The notes: a model not told the origin generated them from the sequence alone. A stretch of 64,000 nucleotides of DNA from Francisellaceae bacterium (GCA_028355575.1 JAOMSY010000001.1:13542-77541); one strand, 5' to 3'. Positions 32,373-42,589 are shown, counted from the first letter of the stretch. Translations and numbers: made by a program.

Positions 32373-33551
32373 ATGTCAAATAAAATAAATGTAAATACTT
32401 GGCCTTCTTTTGCAGAAGATGAGATAACTGCTGTCGATAACGTATTACGCTCTGGTAAAGTTAATTACTGGACTGGAAATGAATGTAAGTTGTTTGAAAA
32501 GGAATTTGCTCGCTATATTGGCACAAATTATGCGATTGCGTCAGCAAATGGAACGGTATCGTTAGAACTGGCTTTGTATGCCTGTGGTATCGGCCCTGGT
32601 GATGAAGTAATTACGTCTCCACGCACCTTTATTGCTTCAGCAAGTGCCATTGTTGCCAGAGGAGCGATACCTGTTCTTGCTGATGTAAACTTAATTTCTC
32701 AGAACATCACAGCGGAAACAATTCAAGCAAAAATCACCAAAAAGACCAAAGCGATTATACCCGTACACTTAGCTGGTTGGCCATGTGATATGCCAAGTAT
32801 AATGAATCTAGCAAAAGACTATGGGTTATACGTGATAGAAGATTGTGCTCAGGCACATGGTGCCTCCATTAACAATATAAAAGTTGGTGCTTGGGGAGAC
32901 TTTGGTTCCTTCTCTTTCTGTCAAGATAAAATTATGACAACGGGCGGTGAAGGTGGGTTACTAACTTGTAACAATGAACAGCTATATAAAAAGGCTTGGG
33001 GTTATAAGGAACATGGTAAAGATTACGATACTGTTTTCCTTAAGCAACATCCGCCTGGATTTAGATGGCTGCATAGCTCATTTGGTACCAATATGCGCAT
33101 GACAGAAATGCAGGCGGCTATCGGTCGAGTTCAGTTAGCTAAATTAGATAATTGGCTAGCAAAGCGTAATGCGTTGGCTGAAATATTTATTCAGAAATTA
33201 CATTATCTGACTAATATAGAAATACCTTTACCAGGTGAAAATATTTACCATGCTTATTATAAGTTTTATATATTCGTCAAGACTGGTGCATTGGGAAAAG
33301 ACTGGAGTCGAGATAGGGTTTTTCATGAAATCAACCAAAAAGGTATTTTTTGCAATGTAGGTAGTTGCTCTGAAATTTATATGGAAAAAGCATTTACGGA
33401 TAGTCCATATGCATTGTCTGAATGTTTACCTAATGCTAAGCAATTAGGTAATATAAGTTTGATGCTGTTGGTACATCCAACATTGACTGAAACAATAGTA
33501 AATGATCAAGCTGAAATTATTAGATCCGTATTGCTAGAGGCAACTAAATAA
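32373..33551 (+). CDS. DegT/DnrJ aminotransferase, PglE-type (bacillosamine pathway)
   Basis: IEDCAQAHGA, FSFCQDKIMTTGGEGG (PLP Lys), GTNMRMTEMQAAIG. Confidence 0.9.
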   Translation: MSNKINVNTWPSFAEDEITAVDNVLRSGKVNYWTGNECKLFEKEFARYIGTNYAIASANGTVSLELALYACGIGPGDEVITSPRTFIASASAIVARGAIPVLADVNLISQNITAETIQAKITKKTKAIIPVHLAGWPCDMPSIMNLAKDYGLYVIEDCAQAHGASINNIKVGAWGDFGSFSFCQDKIMTTGGEGGLLTCNNEQLYKKAWGYKEHGKDYDTVFLKQHPPGFRWLHSSFGTNMRMTEMQAAIGRVQLAKLDNWLAKRNALAEIFIQKLHYLTNIEIPLPGENIYHAYYKFYIFVKTGALGKDWSRDRVFHEINQKGIFCNVGSCSEIYMEKAFTDSPYALSECLPNAKQLGNISLMLLVHPTLTETIVNDQAEIIRSVLLEATK

Positions 33552-33552
33552 A

Positions 33553-35391
33553 ATGATAAAGCTTTCTTCTATTAAAAGTGCTCATGCTTGGATGATCCTT
33601 GCGCTGGATTTTTTAATGGTGCAATGTGCCTGGATATTAGCAACTTCTCATTTCTTTGAGCGGTATTCGTGGCATAAAATAGACAACACAAAACTAATAT
33701 TTTTAGCCATCGCTTCCCTGCTTTCATTTAAGATTTTTAAAACTTATGCGGGTTTGTGGCGATATACTTCGACTGAGGATTTATTAGTTATTATTAAATC
33801 GGTGTTATTGACCTTATTATTGTTCCTGATAGCTAGGTTTTATTATGACAGACTGATAGATATATCGCGTGTATCGTTATTACTATTTATTTTGATGTCA
33901 ATTGCATTTATGAGTGGAGCAAGGCTGATCTCAAGAATTTATCATTTTGGGCAATATCGTATTTCGAAGTCTACAAAATACCAGAAAAATTATATTTTAA
34001 TTGGTGCGGGTTTTTCCGGTGAGCGATTTTTAAGAGAAAACTTACAACAACAAAATTCGCATATAAAGGTAGTGGCAATATTGGATGATAATGCTCAGCT
34101 TGCTGGCAAGAAGATAAAAGGGATTCCAATTATAGGGAATATTGAATTATTAGATGCCAGTGAATTGGTAAAGAAAAATGATATTCACGGGGTGATTATT
34201 GCAATTGCTCAATTGAATCGTAAAAAATTCCAAAATATATATTTATTTGCTAACAAGCTTAAGCTTGATGTCAAAACATTGCCCTCCATGGAGGAAATAC
34301 TCGCTGGTAAAATCACCATTACTAACCTGCAAGATGTTACCATTGAGGACTTGTTGGGTCGAGATCAAGTCGAGTTAGATGTTGGAAAAATTCAAAAATT
34401 AATTGACAGTAAGTGTGTTTTAGTGACTGGTGGAGGGGGGTCAATTGGCTCTGAACTTGTTAGGCAAGTAATAAAGCTAACAACACCAAAAAAACTAGTT
34501 ATTATTGATCATTCTGAGATAAATTTATATACGATTCAGCAGGATGTCAGTGGCCTAAATGCCGAAAAGTGTTATTTTCATTTGGGTAACATAGTAGATC
34601 GTAAATATATACAATCAATTTTTAAATTATATCGGCCCGATATCGTTTTTCATGCGGCAGCATATAAACATGTGCCATTGCTTGAAATGCAACCTAAGCA
34701 AGCATTTCTAAATAATGTTATCGGTACAAAAGCTCTGTGTGAAATTGCTGTGCAATCAAAGGTTTCAAAATTTATTATGGTTTCTACTGATAAGGCAGTT
34801 AACCCAAGTAATATTATGGGTTGTACTAAAAGGATTGCGGAACTAATCTGTCAGCGTTATGGGTCTAAACAAGAGCATACGCAATTTATCACCACGCGTT
34901 TTGGTAATGTATTAGGTTCTGCGGGTAGCGTCATCCCATTATTTAGAAAACAGCTTAGAAAGGGCGGGCCAATAACCGTTACTCATAAAGATATTGAGCG
35001 GTTTTTTATGACGATACCTGAGGCGTCACAACTGGTTATATACAGTGGTTGTGTCGGTAGAAATAAAGATGTTTTTGTGCTGGATATGGGTAAGCCTGTT
35101 AAGATAAGTAAATTGGCTGAGCAATTAATAAGGTTATCTGGTAAAGAGCCCTATGTTGATATTGATATTGTTTACACTGGTCTACGGCCAGGAGAGAAAA
35201 TGTATGAAGAGTTGTTCTATCAGAGTGAACATCTTTTAAAAACTGACCATAGAAAACTATTCAAGTCGCAAAATGATCATATGATTACATTGGAATCATT
35301 ATTTGGCAAGCTTGAGAAGATTCAAAATAATCTGCTTGAATTAGAAGATGAAGAAGTTAAATCACAACTATCACTATTAATAAAACATTAA
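33553..35391 (+). CDS. Membrane-anchored UDP-GlcNAc 4,6-dehydratase, PglF/WbpM/CapD-like
   Basis: Four N-terminal TMs, IEDLLGR, TGGGGSIGSEL, HAAAYKHVP, STDKAV, MGCTK, RFGNVLGS, GLRPGEK. Confidence 0.93.
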   Translation: MIKLSSIKSAHAWMILALDFLMVQCAWILATSHFFERYSWHKIDNTKLIFLAIASLLSFKIFKTYAGLWRYTSTEDLLVIIKSVLLTLLLFLIARFYYDRLIDISRVSLLLFILMSIAFMSGARLISRIYHFGQYRISKSTKYQKNYILIGAGFSGERFLRENLQQQNSHIKVVAILDDNAQLAGKKIKGIPIIGNIELLDASELVKKNDIHGVIIAIAQLNRKKFQNIYLFANKLKLDVKTLPSMEEILAGKITITNLQDVTIEDLLGRDQVELDVGKIQKLIDSKCVLVTGGGGSIGSELVRQVIKLTTPKKLVIIDHSEINLYTIQQDVSGLNAEKCYFHLGNIVDRKYIQSIFKLYRPDIVFHAAAYKHVPLLEMQPKQAFLNNVIGTKALCEIAVQSKVSKFIMVSTDKAVNPSNIMGCTKRIAELICQRYGSKQEHTQFITTRFGNVLGSAGSVIPLFRKQLRKGGPITVTHKDIERFFMTIPEASQLVIYSGCVGRNKDVFVLDMGKPVKISKLAEQLIRLSGKEPYVDIDIVYTGLRPGEKMYEELFYQSEHLLKTDHRKLFKSQNDHMITLESLFGKLEKIQNNLLELEDEEVKSQLSLLIKH

Positions 35392-35463
35392 GGATAGTAT
35401 GACGAGAATTGTTTAATTGGTTTGGTTATTTATACTGGTCTGTAAGGGATAAATTGAGTTTGG

Positions 35464-37578
35464 ATGATGTTGGAATATCAACAAGATAACATTATTACTT
35501 TAAAGCAAATATTAAAAATAATTCTCAAATATAAATGGTTTATATGTTTTGCTGTATTTATATTTGGATTATGTGCAATTGTTTATATTAAATCCAGGCT
35601 ACCTGTATTCACTTCTAAAGTTTTAATCTCGGCGCCTTCTGAGTCACAAGCAAATCTTCTAAAATTGGATAAAAATCTAAGTCAAGTTATTAAAAAGCTT
35701 CAGTTAGATATTAAAACCAAACCCCATTATTTCCCATTCTTTGGAGAAAAAATAGCTTTAAAGTACAACCTGTCTAATTACAATAATCAACTAAGCCAGC
35801 CTTTATATGGCTTATCATCGTATGCCTGGGGTGGTGAAAAAGTTGACATAAGTTCATTTGAAGTAGGCGATGCATGGAAAGAACAATCGTTTAATTTACT
35901 CTATTTAGGTTCTGATAAATATCAAATCTTAAGTAATAATGGAAATGTTATTATTAATGGTGAGGTAGGAAAGCCACAGAGCTATAAGTTAAATAAATAT
36001 GTATTCTTAGATGTACAAATTAATGAAATTCTAGCTAGAAAAAATACTGAATTTTCTATTAAAAACATCTCTTTTTCCGAAGTAATTGATCAGCTAAAGG
36101 CACAATTATCCATAACGCCGGTTAGTAAAGGTTCTAGTAACTATTATGTGTCAATGTCAGGGCAGGACCCAAAAAAAATAGCCGCTATTTTAAATGAAGT
36201 TGTTAAAAATTTTTCTTCAGTTGAAATTAATAAAACACTGGCAATCGTTAACTCACTTAGAAGTTATTTGTATGGTTTATTGCCTGAGTTTCAAAAAAGA
36301 ATTTCCAAGGAAGAGAGTCTGTATCTAAAAGAATCAAATACTTATTATAAGTCTTTAAATACAGATGGTATAAGCGAAGAGGACCAAGTTTTATTGAATC
36401 AGCAAGAATTAATTATGTCTCAAATTAAGGAGACAGTTAATCAGATAGCTAACTTAGAGATTAACAAGTTAGTTTTGCAACAAAAAATTAAGTTATACCC
36501 AAAACAAATAAACCAATATAAGTCTGAAATGGTTAAACTTGATCAGCAGTTGCTTGAATTAAATAGCCAGCTGAGTGATCTGCAAAAGTCATTAGAAAGA
36601 CTAATGGGTAGTTATTATAACAACGAAATAGCTTATATAAGCTTAATTTCGACACAAGCGAAATATGCTTCAGTGGTTAATCAGCTTGGAATGTATGATG
36701 ATGTTGTATCAAGCGCAACGATTCCAGTTGAGTTAGTCAGCAGGGCAAAAATACCCTATAAAGGGGCTGTAAAGCCAGCTTCGCTATTAGTTCTAATAGG
36801 AGCATTGCTAGGTGGTCTGATTTTAAGCCTGTCTATCGTGTTTTTATGGGTTTACTTGCGTGGTCGGGTTGATGATGTCTTAAAAATAGAAAAACTGACT
36901 GGTTTAAACCTAATTGCAGAAGTTTCTAAACCTCAATCAAACCGCATATTTAATAGGAACAAAAATACTCTAAATAATAAGTTTAATACCACTGTTCATA
37001 GCCTTGAGAAAGTGCGAATTATAAAGTCAAACTTGCTGACATATAAACAACCTGATTCAGGTTTAATAGTCTCACTTACTGGTGTCGAGAAGAAAGTTGA
37101 TAGTGCATATATCGCTGAAAATTTGTCTTTATTATTAAGTCAGGTGTCTTCGAGTCGTATTTTGGTTATTAATAATAGCAGTCATAATGCCTTATGTAGT
37201 TCCTTCAGGGTTAATGAGAATGGGGTAAGTCTATTACAGTTGTTGAAAGAACATTTGAGCTTAGATGCTGTTGCACAGAAAACACAATACGAAAATATTA
37301 GTTATATTGGATTTGGCGATATGTCTGATGGGAGTGCTGACACAATCAATGACAGGTCTTTGAGCGAATTATATGAAAAATTATCTGCAGAATATGATTA
37401 TGTTATTATCAATAATACACCTTTATTGAATCACTCAGATGCAATTCAGTACATGCGTTATAGCCACGTAAATTTCTTGGTGGTTAAAAAAGATGCACAT
37501 ACTGATGATGATTATAATGAGCTTGTGAATATTGCTAAGGTAGCTAAGATTGAATACAATGGTTTTATAGCGATGTAA
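35464..37578 (+). CDS. Wzc-like polysaccharide co-polymerase with a degenerate tyrosine-kinase domain
   Basis: Two TMs flanking a periplasmic coiled coil; Wzc-like YFPFFG and YAWGGE; kinase-like C-terminus with altered Walker motifs. Confidence 0.8.
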   Translation: MMLEYQQDNIITLKQILKIILKYKWFICFAVFIFGLCAIVYIKSRLPVFTSKVLISAPSESQANLLKLDKNLSQVIKKLQLDIKTKPHYFPFFGEKIALKYNLSNYNNQLSQPLYGLSSYAWGGEKVDISSFEVGDAWKEQSFNLLYLGSDKYQILSNNGNVIINGEVGKPQSYKLNKYVFLDVQINEILARKNTEFSIKNISFSEVIDQLKAQLSITPVSKGSSNYYVSMSGQDPKKIAAILNEVVKNFSSVEINKTLAIVNSLRSYLYGLLPEFQKRISKEESLYLKESNTYYKSLNTDGISEEDQVLLNQQELIMSQIKETVNQIANLEINKLVLQQKIKLYPKQINQYKSEMVKLDQQLLELNSQLSDLQKSLERLMGSYYNNEIAYISLISTQAKYASVVNQLGMYDDVVSSATIPVELVSRAKIPYKGAVKPASLLVLIGALLGGLILSLSIVFLWVYLRGRVDDVLKIEKLTGLNLIAEVSKPQSNRIFNRNKNTLNNKFNTTVHSLEKVRIIKSNLLTYKQPDSGLIVSLTGVEKKVDSAYIAENLSLLLSQVSSSRILVINNSSHNALCSSFRVNENGVSLLQLLKEHLSLDAVAQKTQYENISYIGFGDMSDGSADTINDRSLSELYEKLSAEYDYVIINNTPLLNHSDAIQYMRYSHVNFLVVKKDAHTDDDYNELVNIAKVAKIEYNGFIAM

Positions 37579-37587
37579 GTAAAATCA

Positions 37588-38031
37588 ATGAAAATCCTTG
37601 TCGATGCAGATGCCTGCCCTAAACCAATAAAAGAGATTTTATACCGTGCAGCAATTCGATGTAAGGTAGATTGTATTTTGGTGGCTAATCAAATCCTAAA
37701 TCATCCTATGTCTGATTATATTCGTTCTATTCAGGTGGCTAAGGGATTTGATGTGGCTGATAATAAGATCGTTCAAATGGTAGAAGAAAACGATTTAATT
37801 GTATCATCTGATATTCCTTTGGCTGATGAAGCGATAAAAAAGGGTGGCGTGGTATTGAACCCTAAAGGTAAAATCTATACTAAATCAAATATTGGACAAG
37901 TGTTGGCGATGCGTAATTTTTTTACAGAAATGCGAGATGCAGGACTCGTTCAGACTAAAACTAAATCTTTTTCTAATCAACAGTCTGAGGCCTTTGCAAA
38001 ACAGTTAGATCGACTATTAGCTAAACGTTAG
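37588..38031 (+). CDS. YaiI/YqxD (UPF0178) family protein
   Basis: MKILVDADACP, GFDVADNKI, DIPLA. Confidence 0.92.
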   Translation: MKILVDADACPKPIKEILYRAAIRCKVDCILVANQILNHPMSDYIRSIQVAKGFDVADNKIVQMVEENDLIVSSDIPLADEAIKKGGVVLNPKGKIYTKSNIGQVLAMRNFFTEMRDAGLVQTKTKSFSNQQSEAFAKQLDRLLAKR

Positions 38032-39367
38032 ATTTTTTTGGATTTGTTTTTAAAGGTAAAGTTATGGTTACCTGTAAACCACCCTTGTCACGATTACGTA
38101 ATTTAAATTTTCCATTATGGAACTGTACAGCAGTTGAAGTAATAGCCATGCCTAAACCACTACCTTCTATGTTGGTTTTTTGAACGCGTTTGGTTCGATA
38201 ATAGGGGGATAATACTTTGCCGAGTTCATCAGGGTTTATTCCAGGACCATCATCTAAAATAGATATAACAGCCTTATTTCCGTCTACGTGTGCTTTGACC
38301 CAAAATTTTCCTGCATATTTCCTGGCATTATTAAATACATTAATCAAAGCGCGTTTTAGTAATGCTGGGTAGCCTGAAATATAACATTCATCTGGTAGTT
38401 CAATGTCAAAGCTGAAATCATAGCCCTTATCCTCTAATTCACATTCAACATTAATAAGCAGTTCAGTCAAGTTGAAAGTTTTCTTATTTTTGGTGTTTGA
38501 GCCTTCTGAAAAGGCTAATGATGAATCGATTATCATTTGAATCTCATCAAGCTGGAGAGATACTTTTTCAGATACTTCCTGGTCATCGATCATGCTGGCA
38601 AGTAAATATAAGTTTGTGAGCGTGTTTTTCATATCATGCGACATTGAAGATAGCATGATGGTTTTCTGATGTACAAGACCTTGTATCCGTTGTCTAAGCT
38701 GATCAATCTGCTCTTGCATTTCGTCAGGTAAAATAAAATCGTGATGATTTTTATTGCTTTTAATTAATCTTGCCGCTGTTTTGAGTAGTTCAGAGGGGAA
38801 TACATGCCTGAAAATATAAATTAGTAAAAGCAACATTGCGGCAGTGAAAGCATGCATGATGATGACAATAATAATAACACTGCTAACGGATGATTCAGGG
38901 TGGTAAAAAGTATAGGCGGTCATCCATGCACCACTTTGATTTTCTTCGGCAATAAATAAGGAATGATGTGCTTTTAAGTGATCAATTAGTTCAAGTAACA
39001 ATGGATAAGAAATTGAGTTAATATGATCTTTTTCATTTTCGCTTACGGTAAATGCCCCGGGTAGTTTTCCCTTGTATAAGTTGATTTGATTTTTTTGTAG
39101 CTCTGGATCAACTTTATTGCTGACTTTGAAGATTCTAGTTTCATGCTGGTCTACATTAAGTGCAGATAAGTGAAGACTGCGTAAAAGGCTGATAACTGTA
39201 TTATATGCATTATAGTCGTAGTCTTTATTGATGTAGCGATTCATAGTTGAGTATACGAGGAGTGCTTCGACAAAGATAACGATCAAGATTGCATACATGA
39301 CATGGTGAAAATTAATGTGATATTTTTTATATATTCCAATCAGTACGGAATTTAGCCATTTACGCAT
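38021..39367 (-). CDS. Membrane sensor histidine kinase
   Basis: Two TMs, H-box SHDMKNTL, N-box NVFNNARKY, DDGPGI, GSGLG. Confidence 0.9.
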   Translation of the reverse strand: MRKWLNSVLIGIYKKYHINFHHVMYAILIVIFVEALLVYSTMNRYINKDYDYNAYNTVISLLRSLHLSALNVDQHETRIFKVSNKVDPELQKNQINLYKGKLPGAFTVSENEKDHINSISYPLLLELIDHLKAHHSLFIAEENQSGAWMTAYTFYHPESSVSSVIIIVIIMHAFTAAMLLLLIYIFRHVFPSELLKTAARLIKSNKNHHDFILPDEMQEQIDQLRQRIQGLVHQKTIMLSSMSHDMKNTLTNLYLLASMIDDQEVSEKVSLQLDEIQMIIDSSLAFSEGSNTKNKKTFNLTELLINVECELEDKGYDFSFDIELPDECYISGYPALLKRALINVFNNARKYAGKFWVKAHVDGNKAVISILDDGPGINPDELGKVLSPYYRTKRVQKTNIEGSGLGMAITSTAVQFHNGKFKLRNRDKGGLQVTITLPLKTNPKKSNV

Positions 39368-39370
39368 AAA

Positions 39371-40087
39371 TCAATCAATTGGTTTTGCGTTTACATCAGC
39401 AACAAGTTTATACCCTTTGTAACGAAGTGCTTGGATTAAATCTTTACCTATTTTATTTCTAAGTCGATATACATAAACATTCATTGCTTGAAGACAGCTT
39501 GGGTCTGCATGGCTACCAAGTGCAGTATATAATTGCTCTCTACTTAAAACCTCTTGAGAATTGGTTAGGAAGAAGCGCAACAGTTTCATTTCGTATTCAG
39601 TTAAACTGACTGATTTGTTTGAGTTACAGTTAGTTAAGGAATTATCTTTATCAGAAAATATCCAGTGATCAAAAAAGTATTCATTTTTAGAGGAAGTGGC
39701 TTTATTAAATCTGTCTCGTTCTAGTTGTATTCGCCTTAGTATTGCTTGAACGCGAGCTAGAATCTCTTCTTTTTTAAAGGGCTTAGGTACAAAATCATCT
39801 ATACCAAGATCAAATCCTTTTATCATATTTTCATCATTAGCATTTGCGGTGATCATAATAATGGGAACTGTCGAAATCTCACGAATCATTAGACATAGCT
39901 CATGGCCATTACAGTCCGGCAGCATGTAATCAAGTAATATTAAATCTGGGATTTGTTCCGCGAGTGCAGCTTTAAGATTCTTTCCATCTGCAACAGCAAT
40001 AGTTTGATAACCACAATCTTTTAGTATTTTTGATAATAAATCGCGAATTAATTTCTCATCATCAACAATTAATATTTTATAGCTCAT
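39371..40087 (-). CDS. OmpR-family response regulator
   Basis: ILIVDDE, LLDYMLP, DFVPKPF; winged-helix C-terminus (VYRLRNKI, GYKL). Confidence 0.92.
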   Translation of the reverse strand: MSYKILIVDDEKLIRDLLSKILKDCGYQTIAVADGKNLKAALAEQIPDLILLDYMLPDCNGHELCLMIREISTVPIIMITANANDENMIKGFDLGIDDFVPKPFKKEEILARVQAILRRIQLERDRFNKATSSKNEYFFDHWIFSDKDNSLTNCNSNKSVSLTEYEMKLLRFFLTNSQEVLSREQLYTALGSHADPSCLQAMNVYVYRLRNKIGKDLIQALRYKGYKLVADVNAKPID

Positions 40088-40119
40088 TTTGATAAAAAGT
40101 TATGATGCTCTATTTAAAA

Positions 40120-40144
40120 GCATATCCGTTGGAAAAGGATATGC
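40120..40144. promoter_or_regulatory. Inverted repeat in the divergent promoter region between the response regulator and the sugar porter
   Basis: GCATATCC-N9-GGATATGC. Confidence 0.3.
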
Positions 40145-40245
40145 CAGTTTTGTTATAAAAATTGCCAGATTTGCATTGAATTAGTCGGTATGTATCAAAA
40201 CCTTAGCTATAATTATGCAGATATTGACTAATTATTGGGTTATCT

Positions 40246-41679
40246 ATGGCTAAGAAAAAGTTATTTATATGTTTTATATGCTTTATTGCTGCATTTGGCG
40301 GGCTTTTATTTGGTATTGACCAAGGTTTTATGAATGGTTCATTAGAGCTTATTGAGAAAGATTTACATTTAACAGTGAATCAGAGTGCTAATTTTGCAGG
40401 GATTTTGTTATGGGGTTCTGTGATTGGTGCTGTTTTTAGTGGTTATGTTGCACGTGCTATTGGGCGCAAGAATACCTTGTTAGTCACTGCAGTGGTATTT
40501 ACGGTATTTTCTTTCATAAGTATGTTGACAGATAGCTATGGTTTATTGATTACGTATCGTTTTATCTTGGGATTATCGGTTGGCCTTGCATCTTTTTCAG
40601 TGCCTTTATATCTATCAGAAATTGCACCTACCAGCTTGCGTGGAGGATTTATCTCCATGTATCAAATGATGATTACAGTCGGTATTTTTGCGGTTTTTGT
40701 TACAAATTATTTTATTGGGCAAGCGACAAATGATTGGCGACCAATGTTTTTAGCGATTACGGTTCCTGCTTTTGTTATGTTTGTGGGTATTCTTTTTATT
40801 CCAAAATCTCCGCGTTGGTTGTTTTTGAAAAATAAAAAAGAAGATGCTAAGAAAGTATTACACAAAACACGCTTTACCCAGGATGAGGTGAATTTTGAGT
40901 TTGCTGAAATGGAAGAGGCCGTTTCCATGAATGATACGAAAGGTGGCTTTTTTGCAATGCTAAAAGAGTCATTTTTTATCAGAGTATTGATTCTAGGCAT
41001 GGTCATTCAAATGTTTCAGCAGTTAACAGGCATCAATTCAGTTATATATTATTCAACCTCAATCTTTATTGGTGCAGGTATTTCTAGCCCTGTGGTAGCA
41101 ACGATTATTGTTGGTCTGGTTAATATGTTAACAACAATATTGGCCGTACTTTTTGTTGATAAATTAGGACGCAAGCCTATTTTATATTTTGGTTACTCTG
41201 TTATGGCTTTAAGTTTATTTGTTTGTGCTTGGATATTCCATATTGAGGGGTTGGGTGTCGATTTAACCGGAACACAAAAGATGACGATTGTAATATCTAC
41301 GCTTGTATTTATATTTGCATTTGCGGTATCGGCTGGTCCAATTGCCTGGGTATTATGCGCTGAATTATTTCCACTGAAAGGTCGTGATTTAGGCATGACT
41401 ATTACCACGGCAACAAACTGGATTTTTGCAGCGTTAGTTGTAACTTTCTCGTTACCAATGATGAAGTTTGCTGATGGGTCACCTAACCCTGTTGGTGGTT
41501 CTCATTTATTTATATTCTTTGGTGTTTGTTGCATTGCTTTTATCTTTATATTGAAGTTCTTCATTCCCGAAACGAAAGGTGTTTCCTTAGAAGAAGTTGA
41601 AGAGAATTTGAAGAGTGGTAAGAAATTAAAGGACTTAGGGACAGTGCCAGAAGTATCAAATATTGCCCATAAGCGCTAA
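40246..41679 (+). CDS. Sugar porter MFS transporter (GalP-like)
   Basis: GGLLFGIDQG, GRK, PLYLSEIAP, PKSPRWL, QQLTGIN, DKLGRK, PETKG. Confidence 0.92.
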   Translation: MAKKKLFICFICFIAAFGGLLFGIDQGFMNGSLELIEKDLHLTVNQSANFAGILLWGSVIGAVFSGYVARAIGRKNTLLVTAVVFTVFSFISMLTDSYGLLITYRFILGLSVGLASFSVPLYLSEIAPTSLRGGFISMYQMMITVGIFAVFVTNYFIGQATNDWRPMFLAITVPAFVMFVGILFIPKSPRWLFLKNKKEDAKKVLHKTRFTQDEVNFEFAEMEEAVSMNDTKGGFFAMLKESFFIRVLILGMVIQMFQQLTGINSVIYYSTSIFIGAGISSPVVATIIVGLVNMLTTILAVLFVDKLGRKPILYFGYSVMALSLFVCAWIFHIEGLGVDLTGTQKMTIVISTLVFIFAFAVSAGPIAWVLCAELFPLKGRDLGMTITTATNWIFAALVVTFSLPMMKFADGSPNPVGGSHLFIFFGVCCIAFIFILKFFIPETKGVSLEEVEENLKSGKKLKDLGTVPEVSNIAHKR

Positions 41680-42086
41680 GACTTAAACGTTTCAAACCAC
41701 CACGCGGCTATGATTCCCCAAATGGCATTCAATATTAAAATATTTAGAGGCATTAGGTAGCCAGCATCAACTCCAAAATACCCAATGCCTGATTTTGGTG
41801 CAAAGTATAAAAATGTTACAATACTTGGGGCTAAACTAAAAATAATTCCTCTTAAAAACCATTTGCTTTTTGATAATGGCAATAGTAATAAAAATGCCCA
41901 GATACCACCCCAAGCCACCATTTTATATATCTTTAATACTAAGGCTTCTCCAGACAGGTTTGGCAAGTTAATACTAAGCGAATTAGCCAAGCCATATTTA
42001 ACTTCAAGCCACATTAATAGTGTAATAATTAACGCACCTAATGCACCTGCTGTAAAAGCAATTGATAGTTCTTTAAGTGATATCAT
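41676..42086 (-). CDS. Small integral membrane protein
   Basis: Four hydrophobic segments, WGGIWAFL. Confidence 0.7.
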   Translation of the reverse strand: MISLKELSIAFTAGALGALIITLLMWLEVKYGLANSLSINLPNLSGEALVLKIYKMVAWGGIWAFLLLLPLSKSKWFLRGIIFSLAPSIVTFLYFAPKSGIGYFGVDAGYLMPLNILILNAIWGIIAAWWFETFKS

Positions 42087-42125
42087 TCATTTAACTCCTT
42101 TATATTTGAAAAAATTTATTAGACT

Positions 42126-42524
42126 TTAATCCCAACCAATAACACGATAACCTTCATTTGCTAAGCATTGATCAACATAGTTTTGCTTTAATTGATCAGG
42201 TGACATTGCACCAACTGCAGCACCTGATGCGGCCCCAGCTGCGGCACCGATCCCTACACCAATCCAATTGCCCGTGAATATACCCCAGACGACACCCCAA
42301 ATCGCGCCTAATATTGAACCTTCCGCCGCACCCTTGAGTATTTTTTTGGCCTCAGGAGACTTTAGATACTCGTCGGCTTCATTTTCACATTGTTTTATAT
42401 CACTGTCAGCTTGTTCTTTGCCAACCTCTTTATAGTGATGATTCGGGTATAAAACAGGGGTTGATGAACAGCTAATTATCAAAAATGCGGTAAAAACAAT
42501 ACACAATATTTTAAAATGGTTCAT
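42126..42524 (-). CDS. Glycine-zipper lipoprotein
   Basis: LIISC lipobox, PVLYPN, Gly/Ala zipper, YVDQCLANEGYRVIGW. Confidence 0.8.
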   Translation of the reverse strand: MNHFKILCIVFTAFLIISCSSTPVLYPNHHYKEVGKEQADSDIKQCENEADEYLKSPEAKKILKGAAEGSILGAIWGVVWGIFTGNWIGVGIGAAAGAASGAAVGAMSPDQLKQNYVDQCLANEGYRVIGWD

Positions 42525-42589
42525 AAATGGAATTCATTATGGGGTTTGATAAAAGTATAGGTGACAAAATTTGAGAAGCGAATTTTAGG

